From the NCBI GenBank assembly GCA_963827235.1, contig CAWHAE010000014.1, forward strand, positions 32,001 to 96,000: a stretch of 64,000 nt of DNA, in the 5' to 3' direction. Shown here piece by piece: positions 51,740 to 61,015 of this stretch. The number at the start of each line of letters is the position of its first letter. The stretch's first letter is position 1. A model generated the notes under the pieces. That model was not told the DNA's origin. It did not search any database and saw nothing but the letters and a program-made list of their open reading frames with translations. The translations under genes were made by a program, and so were the position numbers. This stretch comes from an uncultured bacterium (GTDB taxonomy: Bacteria; Chloroflexota; UBA5177; JANWHV01).

Positions 51740-52636
51740 ATGGCAGTCGCTAGCATGCGCCAACTGCTTGAGTCTGGAGTTCACTTCGGTCACCAGACAC
51801 GGCGCTGGAATCCCAAGATGCGCGAGTACATCTTCGCTGAGCGCAACGGGATCCACATCATCGACCTGCAGCAGACAGTTCATCTTCTGCAAGACGCCTA
51901 CACGTACGCGCGTGGGCTGGCAGAGCAGGGCCGCACTATCCTCTTCGTGGGCACGAAGAAGCAGGCCCAGGAGGCGGTATCGGAGGAAGCCGCGCGCTGC
52001 GGAATGTTTTACGTGAACCAGCGCTGGCTGGGCGGCATGCTGACCAACTTCACCACGATCCAGCAGCGGCTCCGCAGAATGCTGGAACTGGAGAATCAGG
52101 TCAAGAACGGCGATCTCTCTCGACGGACCAAGCGCGAGGCACTTCACGTGCAGGAGGAAATCGCCAAGCTCAACCGTCTGCTCGGCGGCGTCAAAGGCAT
52201 GCACAGGCTTCCCGATGCTGTGTTCATCATCGATACCAAGAAGGAGCGGTTGGCCATCCAGGAGGCGACGAGGCTGGAGATTCCGGTCATCGCCCTTCTC
52301 GATACAAACTGCGATCCGGACGAGGTTCAGTACCCGATCCCGGCCAACGACGATGCCATCCGTGCGGTACGCCTGCTCACCAGCAAGATAGCCGACGCCG
52401 TGATCGAGGGTCACCAGGCTCGCGAATCTGCCAACGCCGACCTGGAAGTCAACGTACGCGGCGCGGAATCGTTTAGCTTTGCACCGACGCCGAATGCCCA
52501 CGACGACACGCCGGCGCCACGTGAGGCGGCTGGCGCCGAAGCAGCCGACAAGGCTTCGGCTCCACTGGTGGACGAGAGCGAGATGAGCTTTGCCCCGCCT
52601 GCCATCGCTGAGGAGCCGGCCGCCGAGACCGCCTGA
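51740..52636 (+). CDS. rpsB: 30S ribosomal protein S2
   Basis: [34 protein letters not shown]. Confidence 0.98.
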   Translation: MAVASMRQLLESGVHFGHQTRRWNPKMREYIFAERNGIHIIDLQQTVHLLQDAYTYARGLAEQGRTILFVGTKKQAQEAVSEEAARCGMFYVNQRWLGGMLTNFTTIQQRLRRMLELENQVKNGDLSRRTKREALHVQEEIAKLNRLLGGVKGMHRLPDAVFIIDTKKERLAIQEATRLEIPVIALLDTNCDPDEVQYPIPANDDAIRAVRLLTSKIADAVIEGHQARESANADLEVNVRGAESFSFAPTPNAHDDTPAPREAAGAEAADKASAPLVDESEMSFAPPAIAEEPAAETA

Positions 52637-52702
52637 TCCCTCGCTTCGCTCATGCTGCACGACCTACAGCTCAGGTGCAATCAGACTCGAAGGGATGACA
52701 AC

Positions 52703-53293
52703 ATGGAGATCACTGCGCAGATGGTCAAGGAACTGCGCGACAAGACCGGTGCTGGCGTTATGGACTGCCGGAAGGCGCTGACCGGGGCCGAGGGCAACAT
52801 GGCCAAGGCCGAGGCCATGCTCAAGGAGAAGGGCATGCGCGGACCCAAGGATCCGACCCGCGTGACTAAACAGGGGCTTGTCGAGTCGTACAAGCACCCA
52901 GGTGGGCAGCTTGGCGCTCTCGTCGAGCTGAACTGCGAGACCGACTTCGTATCGCGAACAGAGGACTTTCAGAAGCTCGCTTACGAGATTGCTCTGCAGG
53001 TCGCGGCTGTTGATCCAAAGTACGTCGACCGTGACTCCGTGCCGCAAGGTGACGTCGACGCCCAGAAGGCCGCCTTCGCCGAGCAGCTTGCTCTTTCCGG
53101 TACGCCGGAGCAGGATCTGCCTGGCAAGCTGGAGGAACGGCTGGCGGAGTGGTTCAAAGAAGTCGTGCTGCTCGAGCAGGCCTACGTGCGCGATCCGAAA
53201 CAAACCATCAAGCAGCTGATTCTCGGCCTGGTGGCCACGACTCGAGAGAATATCCGCGTCGGCAGGTTCACGCGTTTCAAGGTCGGGGAGTAA
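52703..53293 (+). CDS. tsf: Elongation factor Ts (short form)
   Basis: [28 protein letters not shown]. Confidence 0.96.
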   Translation: MEITAQMVKELRDKTGAGVMDCRKALTGAEGNMAKAEAMLKEKGMRGPKDPTRVTKQGLVESYKHPGGQLGALVELNCETDFVSRTEDFQKLAYEIALQVAAVDPKYVDRDSVPQGDVDAQKAAFAEQLALSGTPEQDLPGKLEERLAEWFKEVVLLEQAYVRDPKQTIKQLILGLVATTRENIRVGRFTRFKVGE

Positions 53294-53300
53294 CCGGTAC

Positions 53301-54020
53301 ATGTATCGTCGCGTCCTGCTCAAGCTCAGCGGTGAGGCGCTGGTCGGACAGGTTGGCTACGGCATCGACCCAGGTGTCGTACAGCGCATCGCCAGGCAGG
53401 TTGCGCGGGTTCGCGAGCTCGGCGTGGAGCTGGCAGTGGTCGTGGGAGGTGGCAACATCTTCCGCGGCCTGGCAGCCAGCTCGCTCGGCATGGATCGAGC
53501 AACTGCCGACTACATGGGCATGCTGGCCACGGTGCTGAACGCACTCGCGCTCAAAGATGCGCTCAGCCAGGTCAGTGTGGATACCAGGGTGCAGACGGCC
53601 ATCGCCATGAACGCGGTGGCCGAGCCCTACATCCGGGGACGTGCCATACGGCACCTGGAGAAAGGCCGCGTGGTCATACTCGCCGCCGGTACCGGGAATC
53701 CGTATTTCACGACGGACACGGCGGCCAGCCTGCGGGCCATCGAGCTCAATTGCGAGGTGTTGCTGAAGGCTACCAAGGTCGACGGAATCTATACCGCGGA
53801 TCCCGAGGTGGACGTCACGGCGACACGGTATGTTAGGCTCGACTATTACACTGCGCTCGAGCGCGAGCTTCGGGTTATGGACAGCACCGCGTTCGCGCTC
53901 TGCAAGGACAACAAACTCCCCATCATCGTCTTCAATCTGGAGGGACCGGACAATATCGAGCGTGCCGTGCGCGGCCTCGAGATCGGTACGCTGGTGACCG
54001 CGACGGAGCGCCCTGCGTAG
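53301..54020 (+). CDS. pyrH: UMP kinase
   Basis: [32 protein letters not shown]. Confidence 0.97.
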   Translation: MYRRVLLKLSGEALVGQVGYGIDPGVVQRIARQVARVRELGVELAVVVGGGNIFRGLAASSLGMDRATADYMGMLATVLNALALKDALSQVSVDTRVQTAIAMNAVAEPYIRGRAIRHLEKGRVVILAAGTGNPYFTTDTAASLRAIELNCEVLLKATKVDGIYTADPEVDVTATRYVRLDYYTALERELRVMDSTAFALCKDNKLPIIVFNLEGPDNIERAVRGLEIGTLVTATERPA

Positions 54021-54200
54021 GCCGCAATATGACCGCCCGTCGGCTTCACGCTGCCTCCGCGTCGAGGCGAGGGACAATCTGTGGCAGGGTGCGCCCAACG
54101 ATCTACAATGTGATCGCCGGCCACCGCGGCGGGAGGGAGCCGTGGATGGCAGAAGGAACGGCGCACGTGAGTTTGTCCGTTTCAGTGGAGGAGCAGACCG

Positions 54201-54758
54201 GTGATTCAGGAAGTTCTCGATGACGGCGATCGCCGCATGCAAAAGGCGATCGCCGTTCTGACGGAGGATCTCGCCACCGTGCGCACGGGCCGTGCATCGA
54301 CATCCCTGCTCGATAGCGTCCAGGTACAGTACTACGGCGCGCCCACCCCGCTGAATCAGCTAGCCTCAGTCACCGTCGGTGACGCGCGCACCTTGCTGAT
54401 CACCGCGTATGACCGCTCGGTGCTTTCGGAGATCGACAAGGCGATCCGCAAGGCGGACCTCGGATTCAACCCGTCCAGCGACGGCACCATCATGCGCGTG
54501 ATCGTACCGTCCTTGACGGAAGATCGACGCCGCGAGATGGTCAAGATGGTGCACAGAAAGCTCGAGGAGCACAAGGTCGCGGTGCGCAACGTGCGCCGTG
54601 AAGTTCATGACAAGCTCAAGGCGCTTGAAAAGGATAAGTCCGTGTCGGCTGACGAGGTACGCCGTGCAACCGAACGGCTGCAGAAGATCACCGACCACGC
54701 GATCGCCGAGATGGACCAGCTGGGCGCGCAAAAGGAAGCGGATGTGATGGCGGTCTAG
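54201..54758 (+). CDS. frr: Ribosome recycling factor
   Basis: VRTGRAS, YYGAPTPL, LTEDRR, AVRNVRR. Confidence 0.97.
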   Translation: MIQEVLDDGDRRMQKAIAVLTEDLATVRTGRASTSLLDSVQVQYYGAPTPLNQLASVTVGDARTLLITAYDRSVLSEIDKAIRKADLGFNPSSDGTIMRVIVPSLTEDRRREMVKMVHRKLEEHKVAVRNVRREVHDKLKALEKDKSVSADEVRRATERLQKITDHAIAEMDQLGAQKEADVMAV

Positions 54759-54845
54759 GGCCACGTCGGCGCGCGACTGGCTTGAGGCCGGGCACGGTCC
54801 GTTCCGAGAGTGGGTAGCCATCGATACTGAAACGGCCCGGCCGAA

Positions 54846-55706
54846 GTGCGTCACGCCACGGCCCAGACTAAGGCGGAGACAGAGATTCCGCGAGCTGCAG
54901 GAGACGAGGACAACGCGGTGAGCACTTCCGATGCCGCTCCCGAGGTCGACTCACCGTTGGGCGACGATGCTGCCGGTTCCCCGGGCAACGGGGGCGAGCC
55001 TGCTGCGTCCCAGCTACTGGGTCCACCGCCGAGGCATGTCGCGATCATCATGGACGGCAACGGCCGCTGGGCACAGTCACGCAACCTGCCGCGGCTAGAC
55101 GGCCACCGGGCCGGCATGGACAACATCCATCGCATCGTGCCGTGTGCCATCGATCTCGGAGTCGAGATACTGACGCTGTACGCATTCTCCACCGAGAACT
55201 GGGGTCGACCGCGGGAAGAGGTGAGCGGCCTCATGCGACTGTTCGCCCTCGCGAGCCGACGCGATACACAACGATTGCACCGAAACGGCGTGCAGGTGCG
55301 GCACGTGGGCTCGTTCGTGGGTGTGAGCAAGTCGCTGGAACGCGCCATCCGCGGAGCCGTCGATCTGACGAAGGACAACAGGCAGCTGATCCTCAACATC
55401 GCATTCAACTACGGCGGTCGCGCGGAGATCGTAAGCGCCGTGCGCGAGCTGATTCGTGAGGGTGCCATGGCCGAGCAGGTAACCGAGGAGGCGATTTCGA
55501 AACGGCTCTACACTGCCGGTTTGCCCGACCCAGATCTGATCATTCGTACGGCAGGCGAGATGAGGCTTTCCAACTTCTTGCTCTGGCAGGCTGCCTACAG
55601 CGAGTACTACTCAAGCCCGAAGTGCTGGCCCGACTTCGGGCCGGATGACCTGACGCATGCCGTGAAGACGTTCGCGGGCCGCAAGCGCAAGTACGGCCGG
55701 TTGTAA
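54846..55706 (+). CDS. uppS: Undecaprenyl diphosphate synthase
   Basis: HVAIIMDGNGRWA, YAFSTENW, RLSNFLLWQ; start uncertain. Confidence 0.95.
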   Translation: MRHATAQTKAETEIPRAAGDEDNAVSTSDAAPEVDSPLGDDAAGSPGNGGEPAASQLLGPPPRHVAIIMDGNGRWAQSRNLPRLDGHRAGMDNIHRIVPCAIDLGVEILTLYAFSTENWGRPREEVSGLMRLFALASRRDTQRLHRNGVQVRHVGSFVGVSKSLERAIRGAVDLTKDNRQLILNIAFNYGGRAEIVSAVRELIREGAMAEQVTEEAISKRLYTAGLPDPDLIIRTAGEMRLSNFLLWQAAYSEYYSSPKCWPDFGPDDLTHAVKTFAGRKRKYGRL

Positions 55707-55712
55707 CAGCGC

Positions 55713-56526
55713 ATGAAGCTACGCGTATTGAGCGCCGCAGTGCTTGCCCCGGTAGCAGTCTTGCTCGTGGCGCTCGGCGGATTGCCTTTTCTGGCGGGCG
55801 TGGTGGTCATGTGCCTCATTGCCCTCTGGGAGCTCACGGGACTCTGCTGGCCGCCGTCGCGTCGGCTTTGCTGGAAGGCAAGATCTGGCGCTATCTGAGC
55901 CTGGCTGCCGGTGCCGTGCTGCTGATCGGCGTCTACGGCGACCATTTTCGCAGCGGAGCGGGTCAGGCAACGGCGGCGGCCCTGATTGTTGTCAGCCTGG
56001 CCGAGCCTTGTGCTCGCCGGACCGCCGGGCAGACGCGTCGTCGCCTGGGCAGCCGGCGCGGCCGCGATCATCTACATCTGTGGCCTCGGCCTGCACTTCA
56101 TTCTGCTTCGCGAGACCACCCGGGGGCTGGTGTGGACGTCTGCTGGCATGCCTGGTGACCTGGGCCACGGATATCGGCGCCCTCTTTGCCGGCAAGTACT
56201 TCGGCACGCACCCGTTCTTCCCTTCCATCAGCCCGAAGAAGACGATCGAGGGCGCTGCCGGCGGTCTGCTGGCTGGGACCCTCGTGGCACTGCCGGTGAT
56301 GGCGCTGGGCGACCTCCGCGCCCCCATCGCACTGGCTCCTCTGGTCGGACTCTCGGTAAGCGTCGCGGCGCAGCTGGGCGATCTCGTGGAGTCGCTGGTC
56401 AAGCGAGAGGCGGGTGCTAAGGACTCGGGCACGATTATTCCGGGTCATGGCGGTGTTCTCGACCGCATCGACAGCTTGCTTTTTGCCGTGGCGGTGATGT
56501 ACTACTGGAGATTGGTGTTCCCGTGA
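55713..56526 (+). CDS. cdsA: Phosphatidate cytidylyltransferase (apparent indels at ~55838, ~56001, ~56139)
   Basis: SPKKTIEG, GDLVESLVKR, KDSG.IIPGHGGVLDRIDS; uppS-dxr context. Confidence 0.9.
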
Positions 56527-57665
56527 AACGCGTCGTCATCCTTGGCAGCACCGGCTCGATTGGCGTTCAGACGCTGGACGTGGTTGCCCGGTTCCCAGAC
56601 AAGCTCCAGGTGATCGGCCTGGCTGCGCGCCGACAGGAAGTGCTTGCTGCACAGGCGCAGGCGCATTCAGTCCCGCTGGTGAGTATCGGCAACGCGGCTA
56701 TCACGGCTGACTTCCCTGCCGGCACGACTGTGCTCGCGGACCCCGATAGCCTGCAGACCATGGCGACGCTGCCTGAGGCAGACGTCGTTGTGGTCGCGAC
56801 GGTGGGGCGTGCCGGACTGGCGGCAACGCTCGCCGCGTTGCGTGCAGGCAAGCGCGTGGCGCTCGCCAACAAGGAGGTTCTGGTCATGGCCGGCGAGCTG
56901 GTGCGGCGGACCGCTCGCGAGCATGGCGGTAGTCTGCTGCCCGTGGATAGTGAGCACAGCGCAATCTGGCAATGTCTGGTAGGCGAGAGCCACTCGAGCG
57001 TGCAGCAGATCATACTGACGGCGTCCGGCGGTGCCCTGCGTGAGCTGCCGCTGGAGTCGCTGCGCTCGGTAACACCGGAGCAGGCACTGCGACATCCGAC
57101 CTGGAAAATGGGCCCGAAGGTGACCGTTGACTCCGCAACGCTGATGAACAAGGGACTCGAGGTCATCGAAGCGCACTGGCTGTTCGACTGCCCATACGAG
57201 CGCATCCGGATCGCGATACAACCAACCAGCTCCGTACATTCACTGGTGCAGTTCGTGGACGGATCGGTAAAGGCCCAGCTTGGGCGCCCCGACATGCGCG
57301 TACCCATCCAGTACGCGCTCAGCCATCCCGAGCGCTGGCCATACCCCGAGATGCTAGTCGACATAACAGCGTTTGGCAACCTTCAGTTTGCTGAGCCTCA
57401 GTGGGAGCGATACCCGTGCCTGCGACTGGCACTTGAAGCCGGGAAGCGCGGCGGCACATACGCGGCCGCCCTGTGCGCCGCGGACGAGCTGGCAGTGGAC
57501 ATGTTCATCGCCGGCGCTATTCCGCTGACCGCGATCTCGGAACTGGCAGAACGGGTGCTCGATCTGCACCAGGGAGCGGTAGCGCCGAGCCTCGACAACG
57601 TGCTGGCGGCAGATGCGTGGGCGCGCGAGTGCTGCCTGAAGGTCTACAGGTCCGGCACCTGGTGA
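56523..57665 (+). CDS. dxr: 1-deoxy-D-xylulose-5-phosphate reductoisomerase
   Basis: LGSTGSIG, LANKE, PVDSEHSAI, HPTWKMG. Confidence 0.97.
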   Translation: MKRVVILGSTGSIGVQTLDVVARFPDKLQVIGLAARRQEVLAAQAQAHSVPLVSIGNAAITADFPAGTTVLADPDSLQTMATLPEADVVVVATVGRAGLAATLAALRAGKRVALANKEVLVMAGELVRRTAREHGGSLLPVDSEHSAIWQCLVGESHSSVQQIILTASGGALRELPLESLRSVTPEQALRHPTWKMGPKVTVDSATLMNKGLEVIEAHWLFDCPYERIRIAIQPTSSVHSLVQFVDGSVKAQLGRPDMRVPIQYALSHPERWPYPEMLVDITAFGNLQFAEPQWERYPCLRLALEAGKRGGTYAAALCAADELAVDMFIAGAIPLTAISELAERVLDLHQGAVAPSLDNVLAADAWARECCLKVYRSGTW

Positions 57666-58451
57666 GAGCGGCTTCAGCCGACGTGCTCCTTGAATCGCCG
57701 GATCGCCGCGATGTGCTGAGCCGGACCTGCCAGGCTGGCACCCGTCGTGTTCAACGACAGATGACTCGCGCCTTGCGCTCGCAAAGCCCGAACCATATCT
57801 GCCCACCTTTCGGCCGTGCCCCCGGCGTAGGTGATGCGGCCCTCGACGGCGATTGCCGCCGATCCCTGCCCGCCGCAATCGCCGTGCCATGAATCGTCTC
57901 GATTGCCGCGCTGAGCGAATCATCCGGCGGCAATTGCGGGAACCAGCCGTCCGCGAGTCTGCCGACCCTGCGGAGCGTCGCCTCGGTGCCGCCGCCCAGC
58001 CAGTTTGGAAGCGGCTGCCTACCGGCCGCGGACCGATGCCCGCAGCCTCGATGGTGTGCCAGCCACCGCGAAAGGTGACCGAATCCCGGCTGAACGGGGC
58101 TTTCAGGACGGCGATTGAAGCAGACCGATGCGCCTGCAGAGTCGGGGCGCGTCTGGTCGACTCGCCCGCTGAGCCAAACGGCGCGGCCCGAGGCGACAAG
58201 GCGGCATGAACAACGTAACGGAGATGGCTGGCTGACCGCACCCGGGAACCAGACCGCTTGGTATGCTCAAGTGAGGTCTTGACCGCTCTTTCGACCCCTG
58301 AGGCCCTCGCGGAGGGACACGGTAGCGGCGGGATCAACCTTCACGCCGCAACTATCAGGGCGGGCCGAGCATCGATTCGCTCCCCGGCTGGCAAGTGGCA
58401 TCGCCCCGGCGCACGTCGACGGCCGTGTGCATGGCAAAGCAGAGATACACG

Positions 58452-59492
58452 ATGAGTGTTATTGTAGACATAATGTCCTTCGCAGCCATGCTGCTCGTGC
58501 TGGTCGGTGTTCATGAGCTCGGGCACTTCGCTACCGCGAAGCTCTGCGGCATTCGTGTCGAGGAATTCGGATTCGGATTCCCACCGCGGATCTGGGGACG
58601 CCGTTACGGCGAAACCCTGTATAGCGTGAACGCCATTCCCTTGGGTGGCTTCGTCAGGCTCAGCGGTGAGAACGGCGACGTGGTCGGAACCGGAAGCTTC
58701 GCCTCCAAACCGGCTTGGCAGCGGTCCGCCGTCCTGGCAGCGGGCGCGGCGATGAATCTGCTGCTTGCCTTCGTGCTCTTCTTTCTGGTTTACACGATCG
58801 CGCCGATCCCGTTCGACCAGCCGCGCGTGTCTATGGTGCAGCCGAATTCTCCCGCCGCTGCCGCGCTGCGAACAGGCGACCTGGTTACCGCCGTCAACGG
58901 CATCGCGGTGACCACCCAGAGCGACCTGCAGGACGAGGTTGCCTGTGCGCTGGGCAAGCCGACAGTGCTGTCGATCGACAGGAGCGGGCGCCACATCAAG
59001 GTCACCGTGGTGCCGCGCGTCGATCCGCCGCCCGGACAGGGCCGCATAGGGTTCCGCGGTAGCATTGCCTGGACGGGAACGACCGGCTGGGATGCTCTCG
59101 GCCAGACGCTCAGCCAGCCGGGCGATTTCGCCAGCAGTATCGTGCAGCTCGTCACTAAGCGCTCCTGCAACGCGGCGGACAGCGGTGTGACAGGGCCGGT
59201 CGGCATTGCTAGGGCCACGGGCGATGCGACCAGCGAGGTCAGTAACCTGGGTTCTGGGCCTGTGCTCTATCTCGCCGCCGTAGTGAGCATGAATCTGGCG
59301 TTCGTCAACATCCTCCCGTTCCCGGCACTCGATGGCGGACGGCTGGCGTTCGTGTTGATAGGCGCGGCTCGCAGACGCCGAATCGATCCGCGGCGCGAAG
59401 CTATAGTCCACCTGATTGGCTTCGCGCTCTTGCTACTGTTTGTGCTGGCGGTTAGCGCGCACGACATAGGCATCTGGATGGGCAGCAAGTAA
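58452..59492 (+). CDS. rseP: RseP/RasP M50 intramembrane metalloprotease with PDZ
   Basis: HELGH, PLGGFV, NILPFPALDGG. Confidence 0.93.
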   Translation: MSVIVDIMSFAAMLLVLVGVHELGHFATAKLCGIRVEEFGFGFPPRIWGRRYGETLYSVNAIPLGGFVRLSGENGDVVGTGSFASKPAWQRSAVLAAGAAMNLLLAFVLFFLVYTIAPIPFDQPRVSMVQPNSPAAAALRTGDLVTAVNGIAVTTQSDLQDEVACALGKPTVLSIDRSGRHIKVTVVPRVDPPPGQGRIGFRGSIAWTGTTGWDALGQTLSQPGDFASSIVQLVTKRSCNAADSGVTGPVGIARATGDATSEVSNLGSGPVLYLAAVVSMNLAFVNILPFPALDGGRLAFVLIGAARRRRIDPRREAIVHLIGFALLLLFVLAVSAHDIGIWMGSK

Positions 59493-59511
59493 AGTCGGTG
59501 GCCGATCTGCT

Positions 59512-60252
59512 ATGATGATCGCTTTGAGCGCGCGCGAAGGGGGCTTTCCGGTGCCGGTAATCGAGGTGGCCATCGTCGGTGATTACGACCCGGTCTCGCC
59601 CACGCACGTAGCCACCGACGCTGCTCTGGAGCACGCGGCTCGGCGCATCGGCGTGAAGGTTCGCAGCACCTGGATACCAACGCCGGAGCTGGACGCCGGC
59701 GCGGAGCAGCGCCTCTCAGGCTACGGCGCCGTCTGGTGCGCGCCCGGCAGCCCGTATCGCAGCTTGAAGGGCGCCCTAAACGCCATTCTCGCGGCACGTA
59801 CGACCGGTACGGCGTTCATCGGCACCTGCGGCGGCTTCCAGCATCTCGTGCTGGAGTACGCGCAGAACGTGCTGGGCATCGAGGATGCGAGCCTCGCCGA
59901 GTACAATCCGTACTCCTCGCGGCTTTTCATCACAGCTCTGGCGTGCTCGCTGGTGGGCAAGACCATGCAGGTCAGGATCAACCCGGCCTCACGAGCCTTC
60001 CAGGCCTACGGCTGCGAGACCGCCGAGGAGCACTACTACTGTAAGTTCGGTCTCAACCAGCAATACCGTGCGCAGCTGCATGATGCGGGACTTCGCGTAG
60101 TCGGCACGGACCAGGACGGCGAGGCACGCATCGTCGAGCTGCCCACGCATCGCTTCTTCATGGGCACGCTCTTCGTGCCGCAGACATCCTCAACGTTCGA
60201 TCACCCGCACCCGCTTATCGTGGCGTACCTTCAGGCAGCGCTCAAGGAGTAA
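59512..60252 (+). CDS. Stand-alone CTP synthase C-terminal (glutamine amidotransferase)-related protein
   Basis: IVGDY, PGSPY, GTCGGFQH; FVPQ replaces FHPE; no synthetase domain. Confidence 0.8.
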   Translation: MMIALSAREGGFPVPVIEVAIVGDYDPVSPTHVATDAALEHAARRIGVKVRSTWIPTPELDAGAEQRLSGYGAVWCAPGSPYRSLKGALNAILAARTTGTAFIGTCGGFQHLVLEYAQNVLGIEDASLAEYNPYSSRLFITALACSLVGKTMQVRINPASRAFQAYGCETAEEHYYCKFGLNQQYRAQLHDAGLRVVGTDQDGEARIVELPTHRFFMGTLFVPQTSSTFDHPHPLIVAYLQAALKE

Positions 60253-60300
60253 TGAGTGAGGGCAGGACGCGTGCCCGACCGGAGCCGGGCAATAATGTCA

Positions 60301-60328
60301 TCTTCACATAACCTACATTATCAGAAGT
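60301..60328 (-). other. dif-like XerC/XerD recombination site
   Basis: Minus strand ACTTCTGATAA-TGTAGG-TTATGTGAAGA: 11+6+11 layout with ATAA/TTAT inner ends and a TTATGT XerD-type arm. Confidence 0.8.
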
Positions 60329-60457
60329 TAGCAGCAGAAGTGTGCTGGCTGACCGTGGCGCGGCAGGGAACATAGGCGTAACGGGTCACCATGTACGCTG
60401 CAGGCTGCCGCGTTGCTTGAGCTCGCCGGAGTGCATCGTTCACCAGAACTGGCCCGC

Positions 60458-60736
60458 CTACATGACCTGGACACGGGGCAGCAGTCGGATCGCTGAGCGC
60501 CGGCAGACGGCGCTGCAGTCGCCGCAACCGTAGCACCGCGCCGGGTCAACCTGAATCTTGGCCAGCAAGGACGAGTAGATCAGCGCACCGCACCGGCTGT
60601 GTTTGGAGCAACGTTGACAGCCTCGACACAGCTCCGAGTCCACGCGCGCAACGTACTCGCTCCGCAGGTAGCTCTTCTCGACTATCTTTTCGACAGGCGC
60701 CTCCCTGCCGGCGAAGCGGCGTACGCGCTCGCTCAT
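60458..60736 (-). CDS. 4Fe-4S ferredoxin-like protein, probably truncated/degenerate
   Basis: CRGCQRC (following Cys-Pro absent) and CYGCGDCSAVC motifs. Confidence 0.6.
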   Translation of the reverse strand: MSERVRRFAGREAPVEKIVEKSYLRSEYVARVDSELCRGCQRCSKHSRCGALIYSSLLAKIQVDPARCYGCGDCSAVCRRSAIRLLPRVQVM

Positions 60737-60820
60737 CGGCTCGCGCCCCGTTCGTGCATCCGATCGCTTCTAGCCATCGGTCCTGCCTCGCACACGTCTC
60801 GTAGTAGTTCTCTCGATATA

Positions 60821-60852
60821 TCTATGATATACATAGAGTGCTACGCTGTCAA
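60821..60852 (-). promoter_or_regulatory. Sigma70-type promoter with operator-like inverted repeat
   Basis: TTGACA-17-TATCAT; TCTATG-ATATA-CATAGA overlaps the -10. Confidence 0.6.
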
Positions 60853-61015
60853 CGGGGCAGAGGTGCGGATTGGACTCCAGGTCACCGAGCCATGCAGATA
60901 CGACACTGATTCTTCCGATTCGGAAAAAGCAACTTTGTCGTACCGCGGAAAAAGCAATCTTGCGTCAGTCTGCAGGGCTCATGAAGACTGCGACAACTCG
61001 TTCGCGCACCAGGCA

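Noticed and set aside
52703-53293. Truncated EF-Ts
   Set aside because: Short ~200-aa EF-Ts is normal in several phyla
59820-59835. Selenocysteine at the amidotransferase-like active site
   Set aside because: The codon is TGC (Cys); no in-frame TGA
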